Shown here: in pieces, positions 57,452 through 64,000 of the stretch
Position numbering within the stretch: position 1 is the first letter of the stretch
Layout of the letters: each line of letters begins with the position of its first letter
Assembly: GCA_001794435.1 (NCBI GenBank)
Contig: MGJU01000014.1
Span: forward strand, 27,494 to 91,493
Direction: 5' to 3'
DNA: 64,000 nucleotides
Source: Candidatus Yanofskybacteria bacterium RIFCSPHIGHO2_02_FULL_43_17
GTDB lineage: Bacteria; Patescibacteriota; Minisyncoccia; 2-02-FULL-40-12; GWA2-44-9
Made by a program: the position numbers and the translations under genes
Notes under the pieces: model-generated
Told to the model about the DNA's origin: nothing
Database searches by the model: none
The model's input: the letters and a program-made list of their open reading frames with translations, nothing else

Positions 57452-58516
57452 CTATTTAATTTTCAGAGCATACAGCTTGTCGTCTATCTCATTGAGTATG
57501 TAAATAACATCTCCTAGCGGGCCAAGAGCCATCTCTTTAGTAAGCAGATTAATGCTTGGTACCGAAACCAGTATTTTAGAACCATCGGCCACGCTTATTC
57601 TGTAAAATTCGTCCTTGAGTTGGGTTTGGTTTTTAACTCCGCAAATAACCTCATCCCTATTTAACCAGGCGCACTTTGAAGCGTTAGAATTTACATCCAG
57701 AGAAACGATTGCGTCATTGTTAGCAATATCTATGTAAAACAGGCGTTCAGAACCAGTGCCATTTTTGGCAGAAAATAATATTTTTTCGCCATCGGGCGAC
57801 CATTTTACGCCAAGATCGTATTGATAGGACAGTATTTTATTGAGGGCGCCTTCTTCTTTTAGAACAAGCAGATCGCCATACCCGTCTTTATCGTAGGATA
57901 CTATGGATATAAAATCATCCCTTGGCCAGCTGACTGTTACGGCGCCGAGCCGTGTTTTAAGGGCACGCTTAATGATTTTCCCGGCTTTGGATATGAGCAA
58001 CTCTCCCACCCCGTCGTTAACAAGCAGATACGTCGCTTGATCGCCGTGAGGAGAGAAAGCAGCCGACCTTAAATTACCCGCCAAGTTTGATTTTTCGCCT
58101 GTTTTTAAATTTAAATAAACCGTTTTTCTGTTGTTCCCAGCGTCATAAAAAGAGTAGATAACAGAGTCGCCTGTCGGCGATAGCAGTACTTCCGATATAT
58201 CGGTTCGACCCAAAGAGGCCAGAACTTTTTCTCTGATATTGGCCGCATCTATTTCAATAATATCACCATTCTTGTCTACGGCTATTATATTTTCAGAACC
58301 AAGGCTGACAAACGAAACAAGCCTTCTGGAGCTAAGGGGCAGTGTTTTTGGAATTGTGGTTTCAAGCAACTCCGCCTTAGTGTTGCTATTGAATCTTTGT
58401 ATCAATGAATTGCTTTGGGTGCCGAGCCCGCCTCCTAGAGTTAAAAGACGGCCGGATAAAAAGGCAATAGCTCCTAATGTTATGAATATTGAAACCAATA
58501 ATATTTTTTTCTCCAT
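57452..58516 (-). CDS. membrane-anchored TolB-like beta-propeller protein
   Basis: N-terminal TM; repeated hydrophobic-Asp/Gly blades (LLSPTGDSVIYSFYD, ILFSAKNGTGSERLFYIDI). Confidence 0.45.
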   Translation of the reverse strand: MEKKILLVSIFITLGAIAFLSGRLLTLGGGLGTQSNSLIQRFNSNTKAELLETTIPKTLPLSSRRLVSFVSLGSENIIAVDKNGDIIEIDAANIREKVLASLGRTDISEVLLSPTGDSVIYSFYDAGNNRKTVYLNLKTGEKSNLAGNLRSAAFSPHGDQATYLLVNDGVGELLISKAGKIIKRALKTRLGAVTVSWPRDDFISIVSYDKDGYGDLLVLKEEGALNKILSYQYDLGVKWSPDGEKILFSAKNGTGSERLFYIDIANNDAIVSLDVNSNASKCAWLNRDEVICGVKNQTQLKDEFYRISVADGSKILVSVPSINLLTKEMALGPLGDVIYILNEIDDKLYALKIK

Positions 58517-58517
58517 A

Positions 58518-59210
58518 TTATGCGATTCCCGTTTCTCCGGTTGCTTCCAAAACCGAATCCGACGCTTCCCTTGCGTTTTTATAGCTCTCTTTTTCTGCTC
58601 TATAGCTTAACCAAATTCCAACCAGCATCCAGGGAACAAGCGCCAGAAAAGGCACCAGATTTAAAGTACCGGCCGCCACGGATCTCAATATTGGGCTTTT
58701 GGCGCTTTTGGCTACTCCTCTTAAAGCCACTCTCGCTCGCCTTACGGTTCTCAAATGAAGTTTACGGTATAGCTGTTTTGCTCCCGGAATTTTGCGGCTT
58801 AATCGGGCCACTCTTAAAATGTTTCTTTCAGCATTGGCTATGCGCGCCACTAAGGCGTCAATTTTTTTCTGGATATTTTCAGCATACTCATCTGCTCTTT
58901 TTTGTTTTGTATTGGTGAACCAGAAAATAAGGATTATAACTGCCGAAACGGCGAAAGAAATTATCCTCCCAACGATTGCGCCCAGACCGGTTAGGTCAAT
59001 AAAATCAACGATATCAACTATCACTGCCAATGATGCGAGGATTGAGTATTTGAATAACGAGGGGCGATGATATGTTTGTCCTTGGTTATATAATTCCACT
59101 GCTTCAGCTTGCGCGGCATAAAGCTCTTGTTCTGCGGCAAGCTCGTCGGCATACTGCTCCTCTTCGGCTACCTCTTCGTCAGTATTTCTAGTTGTTTGTT
59201 CTTCGGGCAT
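58518..59210 (-). CDS. membrane protein of T4SS-like module, unknown role
   Basis: acidic N-terminus, 2-3 TM helices, basic central segment. Confidence 0.4.
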   Translation of the reverse strand: MPEEQTTRNTDEEVAEEEQYADELAAEQELYAAQAEAVELYNQGQTYHRPSLFKYSILASLAVIVDIVDFIDLTGLGAIVGRIISFAVSAVIILIFWFTNTKQKRADEYAENIQKKIDALVARIANAERNILRVARLSRKIPGAKQLYRKLHLRTVRRARVALRGVAKSAKSPILRSVAAGTLNLVPFLALVPWMLVGIWLSYRAEKESYKNAREASDSVLEATGETGIA

Positions 59211-59260
59211 TAGATAAAAATTTACGAAATCCTCCCCACCTTAAACTTGTTGAGAAGCTT

Positions 59261-61009
59261 TTAGCTTCTCAACTTTGCCCACTCTTCCTTGGCTTTTTCT
59301 ATTTCAAGTATCTGTCTCGGATCGGAGGTTATTATCTGGTCTTCGGCATAAGATGCCAGAACTCTGATGCCGATGTGGTTTTGGCCGACAAAGAAAAGTC
59401 CGAAACCGACCCTTGCTTCAAGCAGATAATATTTCTCTCCGTCAGTAAGGTTAAATGTTTTCTGGACTATATCTATCGCCGCAGGCGACTGCTTCATCAG
59501 AATTTGCATAGACGAGTTGGTTACGATGCTTTTGCCTTTGTCGGTGGAAAGCATGTCGTTGATGTCCTGCGATATCGTGGTCAGGCCGAGATAATATTTT
59601 CTGGCTCGTTTTGCAATGTTGGACAGAAAGTCCGCGCCGATATCGTATTTCATAAGCCACCACGCCTCATCGACTATCAAAAGCCGCTTCTTCTGGACTC
59701 TTCTTACGGATGTCCATATGTGATTGAGTATCGAGTACATTGCAATCGGCCTTAGCTCTTCTTCCATGTCTCTGATACTGAATACAACAAGGTTATTGTC
59801 CAATAAAACATTGGTCGGCATGTTTAAAAATCCAGCAAAAGTACCTTCAGTATATTTTTTAAGCCGTATCGCCATTGATTCGGCTCCGGTAAGCCCTTCA
59901 AGTATGTTTTGGAGGTCGGATAAGACCGGAGGCGTGGCATTGGTGAAATTGGAATCCGGGGTTATGTCTTTTATCGCGTATGTTTGTATCAGCGCCTCGT
60001 CGAGTATTGAATTTTCTTCCGGTGTCAGTTCCCCGAGCATCAGCCGCAGAAGACCAGTAAGGTCTAAAATATGCGATTTGAACACATCAGCCGGCGACTC
60101 GTCTTGTTTTGGAACAGGAAGGTCCAGGGGGTTTATATGTTGGTCGGAAGTGATGGATATTTTAATGGGTGAGCCGCCAACTGTCTCGGCTAGGTATTTG
60201 TACTCGTCCTCGGGGTCGATGATCAATACTTGGGTACCGAATATCAAACTTCTCAAGATTTCCAGCTTTACCGTGTAACTCTTCCCCCCACCTGATTTTC
60301 CAAAAACAACGGCATTGTAGTTTTCTAGTTGGAATCTGTCGAACAAAACCAAGGAGTTGTTGTGAGTGTTGATGCCATAGAGTATACCGTCATGAGAGGT
60401 CAGGTCAAAAGAAACAAACGGGAAAATCGACGATAAGGGCTCAGTATTGAGAGAAGTATGAATATTGAGACGGTCATCGTTTATGGGCAGTGTAGAGATG
60501 AATCCCTCCAGCATTCTGAATGTTGCCACTTTTGGAAAGACGAGCTGGTATTCCAACATGCCTCGTAATTTGTTTTCCGTCTCATCCAGTTCTTTTAAGC
60601 TGTTTTCGTAGATTGTTATGTACACGCCTAGCTCGAAAAATTTATCTGTTCCTTGCTGAAGCCGGTCTCGCAAGTTCTCTATGTCCTGAATGGCTGTCTC
60701 CAGAATGGGGTCTCTGACTTTTCCCTTAGCCGCTTCTTCCATGGTTTGGGACTCAAGGCGGCTAAGCTGGTCGCGAAGCTGTTTTAAAACCGTTGTCGTG
60801 TTTTTGGGCAGTACGAATATCGAAATATCGAAAACTCTGTCCAGGTTTATAACTGGAGAAAACCACTTTGTCTGCAAATACCTTGGATATGTCGCTAGAA
60901 AAATAGTTCGGGCAAACTTATCCCCCACCTGAATGTAAGAAGGAGCGATATTAAATGCTCCCGGTGCAAGATATTCTGACATTTTATTTTTCTGTTGCTC
61001 AGCAGCCAT
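59261..61009 (-). CDS. VirB4/TrbE/CagE-family conjugative-type ATPase (C-terminal ~3/4 of a split gene)
   Basis: Walker A VVFGKSGGGKSYTV, Walker B LLIVDEAWWLM, family-typical N-terminal IAPSYIQVGDKFARTIFLATYP. Confidence 0.8.
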   Translation of the reverse strand: MAAEQQKNKMSEYLAPGAFNIAPSYIQVGDKFARTIFLATYPRYLQTKWFSPVINLDRVFDISIFVLPKNTTTVLKQLRDQLSRLESQTMEEAAKGKVRDPILETAIQDIENLRDRLQQGTDKFFELGVYITIYENSLKELDETENKLRGMLEYQLVFPKVATFRMLEGFISTLPINDDRLNIHTSLNTEPLSSIFPFVSFDLTSHDGILYGINTHNNSLVLFDRFQLENYNAVVFGKSGGGKSYTVKLEILRSLIFGTQVLIIDPEDEYKYLAETVGGSPIKISITSDQHINPLDLPVPKQDESPADVFKSHILDLTGLLRLMLGELTPEENSILDEALIQTYAIKDITPDSNFTNATPPVLSDLQNILEGLTGAESMAIRLKKYTEGTFAGFLNMPTNVLLDNNLVVFSIRDMEEELRPIAMYSILNHIWTSVRRVQKKRLLIVDEAWWLMKYDIGADFLSNIAKRARKYYLGLTTISQDINDMLSTDKGKSIVTNSSMQILMKQSPAAIDIVQKTFNLTDGEKYYLLEARVGFGLFFVGQNHIGIRVLASYAEDQIITSDPRQILEIEKAKEEWAKLRS

Positions 61010-61028
61010 TGTTGTAAGCTAAAGGTTT

Positions 61029-61646
61029 CTAGTCGTCCTTGGTTGGATTATAGAGCTGATAATACAAGTTCTTAAGTTCCTCGTCCTCAAGCTGGGTTAT
61101 CTGAAGGCCTAATCCGGCAAGGCCGCCGTAAACCAGCTCGGCTCTTTGGAGCAACTGGTTTTTGTAAGAGTTGAATTGTTCGCCCGTCAGTTCTTTGGGT
61201 ATGGTCTGGGGACTCAATATTCCCTTTAAGCTTCGGATCAACCCCGTGGCTTCCGGTTTTTCGTAGATGTAAAAAGGAACCGCGATATAGAACCTCTTAG
61301 ACATTATGTTGGACAAACTCGAGAGTTCTTTTATAAATCTTGAATATTCTGAGGCTTGGATCTTCATAAGTTCGTTGGTTGTCGACTCGACAATCTCGCC
61401 CACGATCTTAAGATAGCCGCTTATGTCCAGTTCTCTGGAGCTGACAATGATTTGAAGAGGAAAATCAACGGAATTGAGAAAATTTTGAAAACCCTGAAGT
61501 ATCGCTACTTGTTCATCGGCGGATCTTAACTCAAAATTTATAGCCGAAATCTCTAAAACCATCCTGAGAGAGCCATTCTTAAGAACAACCACCCCTTCAC
61601 GGATATCAGAAATAGGGACTAAATTTTCGGTGGATTGGTTGGGCAT
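61029..61646 (-). CDS. VirB4 N-terminal-domain-like protein (upstream part of split VirB4)
   Basis: PISDIREGVVVLKNGSLRMVLEISAINFELRSADEQVAILQGFQNFLN resembles the VirB4/TcpF N-domain; stops 19 nt before the ATPase ORF. Confidence 0.55.
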   Translation of the reverse strand: MPNQSTENLVPISDIREGVVVLKNGSLRMVLEISAINFELRSADEQVAILQGFQNFLNSVDFPLQIIVSSRELDISGYLKIVGEIVESTTNELMKIQASEYSRFIKELSSLSNIMSKRFYIAVPFYIYEKPEATGLIRSLKGILSPQTIPKELTGEQFNSYKNQLLQRAELVYGGLAGLGLQITQLEDEELKNLYYQLYNPTKDD

Positions 61647-61750
61647 GTTTCAAATTAAAAAGTAAAATTGAAAATCTAAAAACGACAACTAAAAAGTTAA
61701 AACTGGAGAAGTTGTCTTAGTTTTTAATTTTACACTGCCGTTTTTCATTT

Positions 61751-62059
61751 TTAGATTCTAGTTTTTAAATTATTATCCTCGTCTTTTCTGAATATGTATC
61801 GTTTAGGGTTTAATAAATATGAAAGTAGATACGCGATGTAATTGATTAACGGCATCCCGTCTATTTTCAGGAAAGCAAAAGCCAGAAATATCGCCGCTAT
61901 CGGTACTCCGGCGGCGAAGAATATAAATCCACCCTGCGTAGTCGTAAACAGAAGAAATAGTATCGACACTCCGCCGGCTACCCACAGAAACTGCTTCAAA
62001 GTAAGCGGGCCGACCAATTTCGTCTCTGTTTCTATGAATTGTGGTAATTGAAACCTCAT
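61751..62059 (-). CDS. VirB3/PrgI-like small two-TM protein
   Basis: 102 aa, two adjacent TM helices, located directly upstream of VirB4 as in Gram-positive-type T4SS. Confidence 0.45.
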   Translation of the reverse strand: MRFQLPQFIETETKLVGPLTLKQFLWVAGGVSILFLLFTTTQGGFIFFAAGVPIAAIFLAFAFLKIDGMPLINYIAYLLSYLLNPKRYIFRKDEDNNLKTRI

Positions 62060-62532
62060 TGATTTTGTTTACGTAGATCTATCACATTGCTTTGCTCTGC
62101 GTTTGTGTTCTGTGATGACTGCTGGCTTTGGTTGGATCTGTTTTGCGCTATTCTGTCTTTAAATTTTTCTCTTTGCATATTTTTAATATCCTCTATCGCC
62201 AGAGCGAATAGTTCGCTGACTATTTTGTTGGCAATTTGATTTGCGATGCTCGCCTCAACTCCCAGCTTTGAAGATATTAATGCAGGGAAGTCGCTCAAGA
62301 AAGCGTCGGCAAGAAGGACGTCTCTTACTATCCGCGATAAGTCGGAAGATTGATTCTGGTCCAAGCCAACTTTTTTAGAAAGAAATTCTAAGTAGTAATC
62401 AGTTGTAGCAGAAGTCATAACATCTTTCACCTTAAGTGGTAATTTTATAAATTTATTCGCGAAAATATCCCAGTCCTTTTTGACTAGTAGTAATTCCTCT
62501 AGGTCCACTTGGGAAGGACTATATATATTCAT
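62056..62532 (-). CDS. hypothetical soluble protein of T4SS-like module
   Basis: 158 aa, Gln/Ser-rich tail, no motif. Confidence 0.4.
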   Translation of the reverse strand: MNIYSPSQVDLEELLLVKKDWDIFANKFIKLPLKVKDVMTSATTDYYLEFLSKKVGLDQNQSSDLSRIVRDVLLADAFLSDFPALISSKLGVEASIANQIANKIVSELFALAIEDIKNMQREKFKDRIAQNRSNQSQQSSQNTNAEQSNVIDLRKQNQ

Positions 62533-62544
62533 CTTAAGGGGGTT

Positions 62545-64000
62545 TTAAGGGATTGTTAAAGCAAAAATCTGTGCCAAACTTCTTGTGTCCGTTGCATTAT
62601 CTTGCAGTCCTTTCTTGAACCTCTCGCCACCACCAGGCTTGGGCATAATCGGAGGACCCCCTGGAGTTGTGGGCGGTCCACCGGGGATAGAAGGTTCAGA
62701 TGTTTGAAGTGCATTTATCTTTGCTTGAACCGCATTGACAAAATCCGGGTTTCCCCAACCGCCGTCATAGCCTATTTCTGCCAAAGCATCAGCTTTCATT
62801 CTCGTTACTCTAAAATTAAGAACCGCTCCCCTGGTTGCTAGCGGAGTTCCAGCGGCATCTCGCACTACTCCAAGAGCAGCTTTGGCGTCGACGGTAGCCA
62901 TGAAGTTCTTTTTCTCAGCTTTTTCTAGGAATTTGATTTTTTCAGCATCATTAGCATACAAGTTGGCAGCGGCCGCAAGCGCCGGCGCGGTCATCATGCT
63001 CGGGTCACCTTTTTCAGCCATTACTTCAGCTGACTTTCTTTTTACCTCATTATCAGGAGCATTGTTGTACCACGTTTGTCTATCTGTTTGAGATAGATTT
63101 TCGAAGTCAACCTTTGTGCCAAAATCAACCGCTTCTTTAGATCCAGCTCTGTACATACTATAAGTGTCAAACATCTCAGCGCCAGTCAAAGCACCTCTTT
63201 CTGCTAGAATTTCTCTAACAGCCAGTTTTTCTTGGTCGCTTCCTGTAGTCATGAGACCGCGCAGTGTCGTATTATCAGTAATGCGTCTGGCAGCTTTTTT
63301 AAGAAAGTTTGCTTTTTCTCCTGGTAAGGCATATAACGACTGAGCTCTTTGAATAGAATCGACGGTATCAAACTCGCCCTTCTCAGCCATAACTTCGGCA
63401 ACTTTTCTCTTAGCTTCTACGTCTGTCAGGTCTTTGTACCAATCCCCTCTATCCGTGCTGGAAAGTTTACCGTAGTCAATGCTTTTAGCGAACTGTCTGC
63501 CGGCCAGCGTGTTGTTGCCGCCGTACAGTTCGAATGTCTTTCTGTAATCATCGCTGGTTAATAATCCTCTATCCTTCATCACTTCTCTGGCAGCCAACTG
63601 GTTTCTAAGCGGACCTTTGTCCATCAACTTTCTAAGTTCTGCTGGGTCGGTAATTCTTTCAAATCTCTTCTTGATTTCCCCGATATCTTTAGCTTGTTGT
63701 TCTTCCAAAAATCCGACCTTGCCGCCGGTAATACGGCCAAGGGCATCTCTCATATATCCTGTTTGTCGCGCTATTCTGGCCTCTTCTTTTTCCCCAAGTT
63801 CGTCAAACCTTCCTTTCACCGCTCTGCCGGCAGCTGTCCACCCTATCCTATTTGCCACCCTATCTCTTCCCCATTTTGCCACTTGCACTACTCCCGTTCC
63901 GGAAAACGTTCCGGCACTCATTGCCACTTTTGTGCCGCCTATCATAAAGATGGCCACAAGAAAATAGTAAAATATCAGTCCAAAAGTAAAATCGGATTGC
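62545..64000 (-). CDS. membrane-anchored protein with two ~100-aa internal repeats and Pro/Gly-rich C-terminus (5' end runs past the window edge)
   Basis: tandem repeats ...LTSDDYRKTFELYGG..VEAKRKVAEVMAEKGEFD / ...LTGAEMFDTYSMYRAG..NEVKRKSAEVMAEKGDPS; frame stays open to position 64000. Confidence 0.45.
   Translation of the reverse strand, partial: QSDFTFGLIFYYFLVAIFMIGGTKVAMSAGTFSGTGVVQVAKWGRDRVANRIGWTAAGRAVKGRFDELGEKEEARIARQTGYMRDALGRITGGKVGFLEEQQAKDIGEIKKRFERITDPAELRKLMDKGPLRNQLAAREVMKDRGLLTSDDYRKTFELYGGNNTLAGRQFAKSIDYGKLSSTDRGDWYKDLTDVEAKRKVAEVMAEKGEFDTVDSIQRAQSLYALPGEKANFLKKAARRITDNTTLRGLMTTGSDQEKLAVREILAERGALTGAEMFDTYSMYRAGSKEAVDFGTKVDFENLSQTDRQTWYNNAPDNEVKRKSAEVMAEKGDPSMMTAPALAAAANLYANDAEKIKFLEKAEKKNFMATVDAKAALGVVRDAAGTPLATRGAVLNFRVTRMKADALAEIGYDGGWGNPDFVNAVQAKINALQTSEPSIPGGPPTTPGGPPIMPKPGGGERFKKGLQDNATDTRSLAQIFALTIP

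Overview
This 64-kb window is low-GC (~40%) bacterial chromosome with a compact housekeeping gene set; the composition, the paralogous pilin-like genes, the giant PT-linker proteins and the shortened/split proteins (yebC, VirB4) suggest a reduced-genome CPR/Patescibacteria-type lineage (inference, not proven). It holds the replication-origin neighbourhood (rpmH-rnpA-yidD-yidC-jag divergent from dnaA-dnaN) and genes for tsaD, valS, gyrA, rpsA, ftsH, rluA, rplS, tig, nusA, pilB, ruvB, yebC, ruvC, tyrS, a class-A PBP and iscS-like, plus 11 tRNAs in three clusters. Accessory content stands out in five ways. First, 5977-11084 carries a tandem minus-strand array of five paralogous pilin-like genes sharing a C-terminal two-helix module (VirB2/TrbC-like, T4SS-pilin-type); one is fused to Ig-like repeats and a lytic-transglycosylase-like domain, and one is fused through a (Gly)16 tether. 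Second, 57452-64000 is a type IV secretion-like module (VirB3-like, a VirB4 ATPase split into two ORFs, membrane proteins, a TolB-like propeller) that runs off the window edge. Third, two GC-rich (~60%) islands (18535-19250 and 19870-22600) encode uncharacterised proteins including a beta-CASP/MBL nuclease-like enzyme, and a low-GC GIY-YIG gene sits between them. Fourth, homing-endonuclease-like genes (two GIY-YIG, one LAGLIDADG) lie next to tRNA clusters. Fifth, several families of conserved-end/variable-middle intergenic elements recur: a TTCAAGGGCGGGG-TTGAC promoter-linked inverted repeat, a ~116-bp leader that ends exactly at the ATG of both rpsA and yidD, GC hairpins placed right after stop codons, and two ~205-nt paralogous structured elements with compensatory stem changes (candidate ncRNAs). 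No CRISPR array, rRNA or reverse transcriptase was seen.
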